64,000 nt of DNA from Eledone cirrhosa (taxonomy: Eukaryota), in assembly GCA_964016885.1 (NCBI GenBank), contig OZ024742.1, positions 67,332,001-67,396,000 on the forward strand, given 5' to 3'. The position numbers and the translations under genes are program-made. Below the pieces are notes generated by a model that was not told where the DNA came from, did no database searches, and saw nothing but the letters and a program-made list of their open reading frames with translations. This document shows positions 26,766 through 39,789 of this stretch, piece after piece (within the stretch, counting starts at the first letter, position 1; each line of letters starts with the position of its first letter).

Positions 26766-26812
26766 TGCTCCGAAGACACCAAGCCTAGGTTTGGATGAAA
26801 CAATTGTAAGTG
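26766..26812 (+). ncRNA. Hammerhead-like motif with CCGAAGA core variant (pLTR fragment)
   Basis: TGCT-CCGAAGA-CA CCAAGC CTAG GTTTGG AT-GAA-ACAATTGT-A-AGTG. Homologous to 53934-53980. Confidence 0.55.
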
Positions 26813-26842
26813 AATAAATGCTTTGAACATAGCTTTGATTTT

Positions 26843-26982
<140 letters not shown>

Positions 26983-28114
26983 TTATTTATATATATATAA
27001 ATATAGTGTAATTCCGAAGATCGAATTTGAAGTGCGAGTGTATTAGAATTCATAGACTAACGAGAAGAACTCAATGCAAGGAAGTTGTTAAAACAGTAAA
27101 ATGCTGTCAATGACAGCTTCGTGTAAAATGTACTTCCAAGTACAGAAAGCAGCGGCTAGAAATGTGTTGGCTCGCAAAACTGATAGGGAGAAAGAAGAAA
27201 AGGAAGAAAATGGACGAGATAAGAACACACAAACATGTATATACATCATCAACTCATCGACCGGCTGTAGTTACACACACATTATCTTAAGAGTACCACA
27301 TAAAATAGACGGCTCGTGCAACAGAAAAATAAGTATTTCTGTTGGTATGATGTCTGCAGGAAGAATGAACAAATTAAATAGCCCGAGACAGATCAAAGAA
27401 AGAGAAATATGGTGCGTCTTCTCGGCACCAAGATATTTCTTTTAAAATCTTGCGCCGTCAATGATTTGTCGGAAATAGGAACGAGCTTAAATTAAAAATG
27501 AGTCTTGCTTAAATTAAAAATTCATGAATGGTTTCAATATTCTCTACATTTCTTAGGGTAGGGAATTATTTTACATACTCGCCAATGTATGTCGCATAAG
27601 TTATGTCTTTCGTGTGATGTGGAAATACGAATCAATTTGTTTGCCAACACTATTTTTAAATCTAAATTGTGCTATTTCAAAGCAAGGAACATGTGTTTAT
27701 TTATATAAGGAACATTTGTTTTATTTGTATTTATATATTTGATTCGGTTATAATCTGATGAAACAATATGTACGATGCTGTTATTATGGGTTGAGAAAGG
27801 ATTGCATTGTAGGATATCTGGCCACCAATTCGTCGCTTTAACAGATATTACACATCAGGCTAGTTGGCCAAAATATTCTAAAAAAATGGAATTGACGGCC
27901 AAAGTTTAATTTAGATCATAGTTGACACACATAGCCGCGATACGAGCGTCGCGAGGATGGAAGTTTTGCAAGCACCTCTGTACAATTCTTACTGTTCCCA
28001 GGATTGTTTTACCCATTTTTTTCGAATAGTGTGCCTTGCGATGCAAGGCACACTATTCAATTTTCATTTCTACCCAATGACTCTTACGTAAACCGTTTAC
28101 ATAGAGACACACAA

Positions 28115-28203
<89 letters not shown>

Positions 28204-30888
28204 CATGAATTATCTTAATGCATGCACGGCGTTATACTGATAACAGCATAAGCGTAGGTTCAAATGCATCTCATTTCCGTCATTCCATGGATGTTTTATC
28301 GCGTACGAGTGTCATATCTAACTACTATGTGACATAGAAGTATATAAAATGAATGCAGTACTCTTTCGCATATTACATATATATTTGGGATTGAAATTTT
28401 CTTGAATGTCTCTGTTTACTCTCTTTATGTCGGGTTGTTCTTGGGTGCTACAGGCAACATAGCCTGGTCGTCGACGACTAAACCAGCAACCCCATCAAGC
28501 TTGCTTGCATACATACTTAAATGCATACATTCATAAATAAATACTTGCATACGTACATGTTCAGCTATCTTTCAATTATATCTATTTATCACCTAATATC
28601 CTTCTGACAAATGCAACCAATAACCTTATTTTAGATACACCATGACGCTGGTCATGAACTTTGATACCCGTCAATCTGGCCATGACCACTAAGGGTATAT
28701 TTAAGGATATATTTAAGGTTATATTTAAGGGAATGTAATTTCTGATTGAGAGCGTTTCGGGCTTGGTTTCTAATTATTTGTATTCACACATAGTATAGTA
28801 GGTTTAATGTAGCATTCCACTTCTAAGATGTTTTGGTCTAAGTTGATGGAAATATGGCTGCTATTTCTATTATGTTTAAGGGTATATCTAGCTTCATATT
28901 ATTCCCTGTTTCTTTACAATGATTGCGTATGATTCAGCTACTATTTCCAACAGGTTCAGTTACTATGTAAAGGATCCATATTCAAATAAAAACTAAATGT
29001 ATTAAATTGAATGCGTTCCGTGAGATACCCATATTCGAATTCGCGAAAGAAACTGTTCGACTCAAGATTTCAAGATCACCAAATACTATTGGATTACTGA
29101 TGGGAATCTACTACGATTAATAATGAAATGTTGTAACGCTACAAACTTGAGATGAGGTTGATGATTTAGCTGTACTTAAGAAAGAAATATTACGAATAAG
29201 ATTTACAACTCAATTTAGTTTGCTCTACCTAAAAATGTAGAATCTTATCACTTTTAATATTTGATTTACTCATAGCCCTGCTTTGAATAAGCAAACACAA
29301 CACTAAAAATTCTCATTTGTGTTTTACACAAACAATATTTATTTACTCCCTGTGGATTTGAGCAACGAAATTAATATCATCACATATTATATCAATTAAT
29401 GTCTCCTCCCTACTACATTACAAATGCTGTATGCATACTTGTAATGTATTCGTTGTCACTTATTTGTATAAGTGATTTCAAAAATTCAAATATAGTACAT
29501 CTTGGAAGAATGAAATTTAAATGAATCCATAGATGAATTCCAGTATTTAGTATAGTACAACTATAAAGTTTATATGAAAACATGTCTGCCAGTACAGCGA
29601 TAGAGAAAACTGTATTGCCAGGAAGAAAGCCTCTACATGGTTACTTTATCTTCTAAATACAAGTCACCTTCCCTCAAACCGTAAACAACCGTCTTTCAAG
29701 GAGTCAAACGTGTCAATGCTGTAATATTTTTCATCATAAGTCTTCACCTAATTACGAAGAGATCTTCCTAACCACACATCTACGCGTGTGTCTGTATAGA
29801 GCTTTTAGCGAATAGTCAAACCTTACCAAGCACTAATCCTTAATCAAATATATTAAATGGATATTCCATGTTATAAGATACAATCTGCTTGTTGCAAACG
29901 AAATATCGATTTTTTTCTACGTCGTAGAAAACGGTGGAAATATCGGTGATGTACAACTACACATGAAAAATATAAAATCCATAAACTAACTACCCTGTAG
30001 GAAAAATAGATGTTTCCTGATTTCTAAAGAGGATAAAAGATTTCAACTGGGAGATACAAATTTCGGTTGCGGTTTACATATACAGGCCGGGTATACGTTC
30101 ATAAACTACCGGAAATACGTATACACTAATAAAATGTTTGGAAAAAAAAGAACATTGTCGGGGCTTTGTGTTCACATTAGTTATCTAAATCAATCTAGTT
30201 TGGCAGATTCTGTAAATTTTCCAACAAAACCTTATTGAAGTATACAAAAGTAAATAAAAAGTGTCTGAGATGATTTTGATTTCATAAGATTGTAACTTTA
30301 TGGACTATTAATCTTATCGTAGACTGTATATTTACCAACTTCTTATATCTAATGAGATTTCATCTGTTTATATGTCGGAGGATAATAACATTATTTCTAC
30401 TGTTTAAATGTAAAGGTTTCCAATTTTGAAACCAGAATGGTGTCAAGTATCTCTCTCAGATCGAGAAAAGTGATAACAACTGAAATTGAACATATCGAAC
30501 AATATAGTATATATTGTAATTATACCTACATCACAGCTTTTAGGTTAATATTAAGAGGACTATAATCTGGGGAACATAAAGAGAATCATAGAATCAAACC
30601 AACAAACCAGCGTCACGGGATTTCGGCTTGTTTTAAAATGATATAGCAGCAAGTTTGGAAAGTGGATGAAATCTTATAGTTTTCCTTCATAATACAGTGG
30701 ATATATGGTGAATTTGAAACACCGAAGTATTTGAACCACTAAATATATCGTTTCACTGAAACATATCAAGAAACATGCTTAAAGTTAAAACGATTGTTAG
30801 GTTTTACGAGAAAGTAAGGCGACTAAACCAGAGAGATCAGGTACAAGTTAAATTATTTAAATACAATATTCAGTCATTCTCCAATGTA

Positions 30889-31066
30889 TACAGGCCTGTC
30901 ACCTCTCCCCGATGGGAGTGGGTGGGTGAGCGATGTCTTCTCTTGGGAAAATGGATATAGCTTTCATTATGAAAAATCTCCCCATTTTACCTCACGTCTC
31001 CCCGTTTTGGAGCCATTTTATTCACGCTACTCCCCGATTGGACTTTTAGAGATTGACAGGTCGGTA
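30889..31066. mobile_element. Possible MITE (~175 bp) with imperfect terminal inverted repeats
   Basis: TATACAGGCCTGTCA at the left end versus TGACAGGTCGGTATA at the right end, TA-flanked, in an AT-rich background. Confidence 0.35.
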
Positions 31067-31069
31067 TAT

Positions 31070-31172
31070 ATAATAATTGTTTCTACTTTTAGCACAAGGC
31101 CAGCAATTGTCACAGTGCATTACATGTGCTTTATTTTATCGACCCCGTAAGGATGAAAGGCAAAGTTAACTA
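31070..31172 (-). mobile_element. SINE 3' fragment
   Basis: Reverse complement of the SINE tail and central domain (TTTTATCGACCCCGTAAGGATGAAAGGC). Confidence 0.8.
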
Positions 31173-31439
31173 TATTATAATGCACTTAATGCATTTTAAT
31201 TGGATGATTAATTCAAGTATCAGCCTTCTTAATCACTCATGATATCTACATATTGCATTGTATCTACTTCTTCCAGCATAGGCAAAGTGTGGTAGTTGAC
31301 GTGAAAACCATACTGTTCCAAACCGATCAATTTAATGGCATTTAAATGCGTGTAATTAAATTTTAATGGGATAAATTTAAATTCATCAACATATTGTAGC
31401 AATAAAAATGTATATTCACAAACAACATTCTATTATGCT

Positions 31440-33010
31440 CGGGTAACATATAGTTAGGCTAATATATGTTTCAACACCAGGCTAAACAAAATGTGGTCAA
31501 AGTTTTCTGGTTTGACCTGAAATGTTCCAAAACTCTTTCTATCGTTAAATTATTTTATATCCAGGTGGTTTTCGTTCCTCTTAAGGACAACGTAGCCGAG
31601 GATCCGTCATATGTTCAAAGCTGTTGTGAAATACGAAGCCCTGGTTTTTACGCTATTCCTTCCTAAAATTGTCAGGAAGATAATGTAATCTTTACTGTGA
31701 CGGTAGTGCGAGGGCCACACTTCTAAAAGAACATCCACGCCCCCAATTTGCCTTGAATAGACGAGGAATTAAACCTCGGGATATATTTTGTTTAAGGGTT
31801 ATTGCATTTTCGGCATTTTCGACACACATTGATATATGGCCGTTTTTCTGTCTGTTGCTACAAACACTTCTGAGATGTTAGCTAATTGGACCGTTCTCCA
31901 TTCCATTTCTATTAGTTTGGTCGCCTAAACATGGCATTATTATTTGTTGAGCAAAGAAAATTTGAAGATTTCTGCCATTTCTTATGCTAGGAAAATGTTG
32001 CTACTCTTGTTTTTGTCATCGTTGTTGATTTTATTCATGTTATTAACTGAAGAGTCTGTTGTAGTGAAGTAGATGTGGTTGTTTATTTTATTTTCTTGGT
32101 CGATATTTTCTGTAGAATAGTTGGTTAATGTTTTGGTTATTGCTGATGTTTTTTCATGTTGTTGTATGTGTTGGTGTTGTTTCAGCCGTCGATATTTATG
32201 TGGTAGTAGTGATGTCGTTAGTGCTATTTTAATATTGTCATATATTTCGTGGTGTTGGTGGAGGCCTGGTCTTCTGTTGACCCATGATAGTACCGTTCAG
32301 TGAACATCGCGGTAACGTGCTAGAGATTCTGTGGGGGAGGTTGTGCTCACCATTCTTGTTACAATTATAAGTGTTGAACAAGTATTTCAGGCACGGATTC
32401 CGAATTTAAGGACCGACGTTTCTTGGACCATTTTCTGCAGAGTAAATTATGTTTAACATATTGTTGATGTTGTTGTTGTCGCTGTTGGTGTTTGTGTTGT
32501 TCTTGTTGTTTTCGTTATTGGTGCTGGTGGTGTTGTTTTTACCTTCATCGTTGCTCCTAGTGCTATTATAGCTGCTACTGCCATTGCTCTCTTCACATGT
32601 TTCGTTGTTGCAGTTGATACTATCGATGCTCATGTTGTTAATCGCGATGTTGCTAATTTCGTTTTGGCATATTGAATTTGTAATTAACTTTTCTGTGTTC
32701 ATAATTGCACTTGTGTCACTCCTCTCAATGTTCAAGTAGATATCCTGAGACGGTAGACTTAAAGTTGAGGGTGGAACTTGTTTCGTCCATTTATTTATTT
32801 TTTTATTTTTTGAGGAAAAGAAATTTCCAAAAGAAATAATATTTTAATATTTCAGCCAAAAGACCCAAATATTATGGTATCACGTTTACACAGAAAAGAC
32901 GGCTGTCGTTGATACCTCTGTCACAAGAAATACAACAATTATTTCATACAAAAACTTGAAAATCAACCAACTCACGGAGCTCACAAAAACATGTCTTCTC
33001 AGTCCGACAA
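31440..33010 (-). mobile_element. Degenerate Tx1-like 5' relic (5' UTR plus ORF1 remnant)
   Basis: Manual translation of ~31630-31760 gives ...GGVDVLL...SKDYIIFLTILGRNSVKTR, resembling ORF1 GTVDVFF...SDDFTLVPSYFGQRLVKIR. ORF 32406-32735 is N/T-rich like ORF1 at 19080. The 5' end is next to a short ATT tract. Confidence 0.55.
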
Positions 33011-34514
33011 CCAATAATAATGACAATAATATCTATTTTGATATTATATATATAAAGCATTGAATAATACTAAAAAGATAAATAAGAACCAAAACAAAAG
33101 ATATGGTAGGACATGATGATAACAATTATTAAAAGGAACAAATGATGAATAGAGAACTGGTAAAAGAAGAACATTAAGAATGTGCAAAATGGAAAGAGAA
33201 ATATTGGCAAAATGATCAGAACCAGCAGCAGCAAACTCGGTAGCAGCAGAAGCAACACAATGATAATATGAACAAAATAGATATCTTATCACTAGATATG
33301 ATACTGCAATAAAATCAATATATATTATGGAAAATATACAAATAATACCAAATGAAATCAGAAAATCAAACAACGATAACAACAGACAATAATAAGTATT
33401 AAGAACACAAAATTGACAAAATAAATATAACAGAAATGTTTTTAAATGAATATATATAGCTAGTGAAAATACAGAGACGTTTGTTAAATCAATTAACAAA
33501 AATAACTATTTGAGAAGTATTATGATTGAAAACTATATAAATTGGATTTTTACAAACCATATACTAATACACCCATAACAGTATTAAGTGATATTTACAG
33601 CCATTTTCTATTGTTTATGCCCTCTTTAAGTTCAGTCTTTTTATCATAAGGTAATTTTATTGTGTTAATTTTTTAGATTATTATTTATTTTTTGCCATTG
33701 ACCTCTTACATTCGTGTGTGTTGATATTCGATAGCAAACATTTGCGTTTTAGTCAAATGGATCTAGTATAAACAGGAACAGATAGAACGAATGCAACAAA
33801 CTTAATAGAGGAGCAGAATTTACAGAAAATTTTGATGAGCATGAAAACAAATGAAAAAGCACCAGAATTTGCTGAATGGTTAAAATAGGAATTGAATTCT
33901 GATCTCCAGAATGCTACAATAGGATGGCAAGAACACACTTACATGGTCGATACTCAAGACGACTGAATAGGGTGGATGTGGAGAAGCATATTAACGGAGC
34001 TGATTAAGAAGCTGAAGTGTAAAATCCGCGATTGAAGGATTTCCAATTGCAGCGTATGACTAAAGTCTCTCCGCCAGAAACCAGAAAATTAGATAATGAA
34101 GTAGAACACAATACGCAACTGCGGGATATATGGTGATAGGGAAGTACCGACAAGCCCCATCTTTTCTGCCCGCCCAATATGACTCAAAAGAGAATATATA
34201 TAAAGAGTTGATAGAATTGGGGTTTACATATATTGGATGTTATGCCAACACTAAGAAATCTCAATAAAAATTGGTAAAATCAAATGCGAGAAAATGCGTC
34301 ACAGACTAATTATAGTCAAAGTTCACAAAGATGAAAAAGGGCTATCTTAATGATATATCAATGTCCACATATTATAACTTATCTATAAAAGAAATGGAGA
34401 AAATATCTTGAGACAGAAATAATTCGAATTTGTATGATATAAACAGAAACACTATGGGCGATGGAAATGATAAGATAAAATCTTCAGACAGATGCAGAAA
34501 AGAATGGCTAGGTC

Positions 34515-34580
<66 letters not shown>

Positions 34581-34714
34581 CACAGAAGACATAGCAATAC
34601 AAGGCAGTGCACATGTTACGGAATTTACTCTCAATACAATATAAACAACGACCACCGAAAACACAACTACACATACCCAAATCACACAGAGCTGTGTTCC
34701 GTAATGCTGTAACG

Positions 34715-34902
34715 ACACGGTGGTTTGTCAGTATCGGTAGATCATCGGACACCATGCTTTGCAGAATAGTTATGGCACATTACGTTCTGAGTTCTAATTC
34801 TGCCGAAGTTAATTTTGCCTTTCATCCTAAAGGGTCGATAAAATAAAGCACCAGTAATGCACTGGGGTAATTGCTGGACCTGTGCCAAAAGTAGAAACGT
34901 TA
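34715..34902 (+). mobile_element. tRNA-derived SINE
   Basis: Colinear with 20596-20781, more diverged. Confidence 0.85.
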
Positions 34903-34999
34903 TTACTGTGTTATTCCGTTTAAATCTGTTCCGTTTCTCTATTGACAGGTTTAGGCTTTGAACCTAGGGTAATAGAGGTTTTCATTGTAAAGAGACAAT

Positions 35000-35665
35000 T
35001 CGTCTGAGAATGTGTGCTCTTCTTAGTAGCCCGATTTTCTGTAGCTTACATTTGCTAATCTTACGGGATTGGACGCCAAGGTGCATGTCTGAAGATGTTG
35101 GTATTAATTGAATGCTGCTATTACCACATTTGTGGTCATCCTCCGCATGCGGTTAATCTCTATTTCCAGGTCTTTGTATTTTGACAACTTTTTCCATTGT
35201 TTTTATAGATGTATTCTTGTTAGGTGTTACGGAAATATCTATAAGGTTATATGTTTGATCTGTTTTGTTATTTACGATCATACCTAGTGCGTTAGCAACG
35301 ATTTTCCGGTCAGTTATCACAGGCATATCCCACAAGATGGATACGTTGTCATTTTCCATGACTCTTTTTGGTTGATGTTCATACCATTTGTCAGAAGTTT
35401 GGATATCATAAAAACAGCAGAGTATCCAGTACATATATTTATCAATGTGGCTGTGTCTTTCTATATAATCAGTTTTTGCCAGCTCTGGACGTCCAAAGAA
35501 AACATGATCTACCGTTTTTTCGTATTATAGAATATTCTGCACAGAGAGCTAGTCCAATTTTACACAATTCTGTGTCTATAAAACCAAGTATTTAGAGATT
35601 CGTCTTGTGCAGCAACTAAGAGTCCCCTAGTCTCTGCTTTCAAATCAGCACTTCTGAGCCAGGAT
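35000..35665 (-). mobile_element. Old R4/Dong 3' relic
   Basis: WLRSADLKAETRGLLVAAQDESL; KWYEHQPKRVMENDNVSILWDMPV. Confidence 0.8.
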
Positions 35666-36800
35666 AGTAAGCCACAATTCATACTTCTCCTCAGTGTAGT
35701 CAAATGAGCGAGGGGTACAGAGGCAAACTGGTTGCCATTGTGTAGCATAACACATTCCAGTGATCGCTTGCTGCTGTCAATGAACAGTCTCCAATCTTCG
35801 GGTTGGTACTGTGGCACTCCAAACTTGTGCAGAAGGTGCGCAATATCTGTACAGTACACCGAGTCCTTCTATTCAGTCAGAGAACTTTAACAAGATGTGA
35901 TCGTGAAGTAGATCATTTAGCTCCTTTGGGGAAAAAGAACGTGGAGCATCATCGTCAGGAACCACTTATTTTTCTTCATGTTCTTCAACACTGGAGGAAT
36001 CTTCGTCACTAATGTCAGGAAGTTCTCCAAAAATGAGTACTGGAATTTCATCACAATGAACGACAGGATGACGTGCTGATTCAAGATCAGGTTACTTTTG
36101 ACTGCTCTGGTTCTTTCTGTTGATTCTAGTTAAATCAATAGTGCAGAAGTAGCAGTCAGTGCCATGGTTTGTTGGCTCCCTCCAAACTATGGGAATTCAA
36201 AACTTCAGACACTCCTCTTGCCCTAGGTCCAACGACGCAGATACTCGGTGCATATGTGGCGCCCAAGCTTTATCTTGGTCACCAAGTTTCATACCAAAAT
36301 AAGCATGGTAAGCACGCTTTATGAAACTTGTGACTATATTCCTGTTAGGAACAACTGTGTATTCGCCGCAGATGTAGCAGAATACATCGGGCTTATTTTA
36401 GCAAGATCTTCTGGCCGAATCAATTTCGTTCACATGCAAAAGAATAGTATCAGTTAGTCAAAAATTGGCGCATGTAAACTCTTCAGAATTTGTTTATTTA
36501 AAAAAATAAGAAATAATCTGGCATCATATAAATAATTGTTTCTACTATTGGCACAAGGCCAGAAAATTACCCAGTACATTACTGGTACTTTATTTTATCG
36601 ACCCCGTAAGGATGAAAGGCAAAGTTAACCTCGGCGGGATTAATAATGCGTGCACATGTAAGCGAAAACGTAAAAAAATCATGTGGTGATACATTAAAAA
36701 GTTGACATGATTGAGCAAAGCCAATGTTATATTTTGATTGAACACATCAAAATTGTCCCAAGTCAGCTAAAAACTTACACAATAAATTTGGTGTTGTCCA
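35666..36800 (-). mobile_element. DNA transposon relic, probably Chapaev3 (CMC) transposase 5' part, interrupted by a SINE fragment at ~36530-36640
   Basis: Manual translation gives C*NKPDVFCYICGEY, DQDKAWAPH and WREPTNHGTDCYFC. The ORF track gives EDWRLFIDSSKRSLECVMLHNGN. The family name is from recall of these motifs. Confidence 0.7.
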
Positions 36801-36914
36801 ATTTTATATACAATTAATGAATATCTAGGTCAGAAACAGAATAATATTGAAGGCAAAACAAAAATAGATCCTATTCAGGCAAGAATTTGCGCTTGTAGTC
36901 CTAATTTGCCTGTG

Positions 36915-37166
36915 TAACCGGTAAGATGTTATGTAGCCGGTAACAGGTTGTGTAGCCGGAAAGAGACTATGAAGACGGCGTGATGTTATGTAGCTCGTAA
37001 GAGGCTATGTAGCCGTAACAGGCTATGTAGCCAGTAAAGTATATGTAGCCGGTAAAAAGCTATGTAGCAGGTAAAATGATAGCTAGCTGGTAGAGTCTAT
37101 GTAGCCGGTAGATTTTATGTAGCTGGTAGAGGTCATGTAGCCGGTAAGAGGCTGCACAGCCGGTAA
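36915..37166. repeat. Minisatellite, ~19-bp unit ATGTAGCCGGTAAGAGGCT
   Basis: About 12-13 degenerate tandem copies, read directly. Confidence 0.9.
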
Positions 37167-37470
37167 AATACACCTTTGACGAATAAGTGTGAAGTCAACA
37201 CAGACGTAGCCATCAGGATTTTTCACACATCGACGTTTACTTGAAGAATCCAGGATGAGAATCAATGAGTAGATCTGAAACATAAACATAATTGTCAATT
37301 TTAAGTATGATATATCTCGAAAGAACAAAACAGTATATCTTAAAATTGCTATAAAACCAGATCATTTTCAGCAAAACTAATTTCAAATTTGAAATCAGAA
37401 CAAAAGATTATGCTAGAAACTGTGAACAAATCACATGCGCCAGAAAAAGATGGAAAATTGTTACCCTGTG
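37167..37470 (-). mobile_element. Second Chapaev3-like 5' fragment
   Basis: SKRRCVKNPDGYVC resembles the N-terminal Cys motif. The minus strand begins CACAGGGTAACAA at 37470. Confidence 0.5.
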
Positions 37471-37719
37471 GTAGAGCAATGCACGTAAAGCAATCAAATT
37501 CAAATGTAACAAAAACAACGAGCTAAATCGAAATCTAATTCATGGAACCAAAAATACCAAAGCACATTGTCACCGGTTCTATCGATTCTGCAAGTGAGCT
37601 CTAGCATAGTCATACATCGACCCAGAATATTTCGGAAAATATGTGTATAATTATTAATTACTGCATCCGTTTTACTTAATGTTCCACTCATCGGAACCTT
37701 TGCACATTGAATGCTCAGT

Positions 37720-39150
37720 TTATAAGTAGTTTCTTCTCTCACCACTCCTCTGTGTTTGCTTGGGGACCTCTGTTGTGGAGAAGGGATATCTTGAAAGAAA
37801 CCCCGCTTGAACCTGGTGGCTGGAGACTCGTGTCTGTGTACGCAGATGACCTCAGTGTCATGTTGTCAGACACTTTATATATCGAAGTTGTCGGCACCAT
37901 ACAGAAAGAATACGAGCATATTGTTGGTGTGTGCATTAACCGAAAAGTGTATGTGGCCTTGCAAATAAGCATGTGGAGAGGCAGACACCTGTCGGCCAGG
38001 TTAAAGTGCTTGTAGTTTGTTTTTGACTGGATCTCAGGTAAAGCAGGAACTGGAAAAATGTCATGAACATGGTAGCTAATTGCATTCAGAAATGGTTAAT
38101 CAGAAAGTTGTCTCTCAAATGTTGGATGGAGGTAGCAAAACCTACATCGCTTCAGTGATATATTGCTGGCTGACCGTAGTAGTATGTCCCCTAAACAACT
38201 GACCAGAATGAAAGCTCTGCTCTTCCACTTCTTTGGAAGGCACAAATCCTGCCGATCACAAAATACATCTGCTATTAAAATCAGCTCCCTGATGAACTCG
38301 GGATATCACAGCTATTCATCCGAAGGTGTGCTATGGCTAACGCACCTGTGACGTTAACTCAAGTACCGTAAAGACGAGGACAATGAGAGCGAAGTCAAAT
38401 CAATTTGAGCGCTTTTCCTGCGACATATCTTTCGGCAGCTTGTTTTCTTGATTGACTTGCATTTTCAGGACAAACGCAGACCAATGTTGAGCAACATGCC
38501 AGGCGCTCACGTAATTTTACGAACGAGAGACTGCTAGTAATAAACGCTAGGGTTCTATAGAGGATTAGTCAAAGGCGTGATAGACAATGACCTGAGAGGG
38601 GCTCTTGGACTTCATCGAGACAGCCTGTACAAGATCTCCTGGAATATTTTCAGGTCGGTTTTCACCGACAATTTCCAAATTCCATTGATATGACCATGCT
38701 ACAGAAGGTTACTGTCCATTTGAAACAAGTTCTACGGATACAGAGGTGTCATGAGCCTAACCTGTATTAGTCGCACATAAGATGATTAAATCGTCGCGCA
38801 TACTATAACACAGAACCCCTGTATTGTGGGTTTCTGTCAAACAACTGATATCACGTGTCTCATAGTTCCAGCTAACTGCCGGATCTATAAGTGAAAATTG
38901 GATCCCCACCTACTTTTAGAAGATAGGCAAAGACTTCCTCTGCATGGCGTAATATGTTGCATGAACTCATCTAAAATGATTTAATCCAATAATATTCCCC
39001 TTTGGCCAACTACTCATCCACTCCTTCTGACGATGAACGTGCGGGTAGATAGGATAGTGTGTTTTATTAAAGATATGGCGGCGCAAGATTAACACGCTTG
39101 ATTGGGCCTTCTCTGATTATGCTTTCCAAAGCAAGAGGAAAGAATCAAAG
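37720..39150 (+). mobile_element. Degraded Tx1 ORF2 3' fragment
   Basis: PLLWRRDILKETPLEPGGWRLVSVYADDLSV...KEYE...INRK...WRGR is homologous to 23080-23300. Confidence 0.8.
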
Positions 39151-39362
39151 TTGACATTTTCAATATTCGTTGAGCAACTGTGTAATTCCTGCTGTTGTGT
39201 GTGTTCACTCTGGGTTACCCTAAATTTCAATCCTACAATATTGGGGAATGTGTCCCCGTTGACATTCGTTATTGTTTTCAAATATAAATATTTATTAAAA
39301 ATGCTATTATTGTTAATCCTACACTTTCTTCTACGGCTGGGTTCTATATTCTTTCTTCGAAG

Positions 39363-39393
<31 letters not shown>

Positions 39394-39394
<1 letters not shown>

Positions 39395-39530
39395 ACGAAG
39401 GAGGTGTGGTAAGGAACCAGATGGACCAAAACGCAGCAGAGTACTCAATACTTAGAGTAGTAGAGTGGATAATAGGAAAATGTTTAACCCCGACGGCAGA
39501 GCTCTAGCCGTTTCGACTGCTATTTCTGGA
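39394..39530 (-). repeat. Dispersed non-coding repeat (also at ~51045-51203 and ~59215-59355)
   Basis: The three copies share GTCGAAACGGCT(T/A)GAGCTC..GCCGTCGGGGT...CCACTCTACTAC.CTAA.TATTGAGT...GGTCCA.CTGGTT.CTTACCACA. Confidence 0.75.
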
Positions 39531-39789
39531 CTGTACAGTAGTATGTATATACATACATACATGCACACATATATATATGTACGTATGAGTTTACCGAACA
39601 TTATAATAAATGTTCGGTAAACCCATACGTACATATGTGTGTGTGCATGTATGTATGTATATACATAATATTGTACGTCTGTATACATATATGTATGTAC
39701 GTAATCATGCTTATATTTAAGTATCAGTCGCACTAAGAGTGAGCAATGAAATTTATTTTTTCCATTTATATATATATATATATATTGTT

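Noticed and set aside
33755-34510. Coding-like stretch on the plus strand
   Set aside because: Multiple stops and no motif I can recognise. It may be a decayed element and needs BLASTX.
36915-37166. Possible CRISPR-like array
   Set aside because: Contiguous degenerate tandem units with no unique spacers, no cas genes, and a eukaryotic context.
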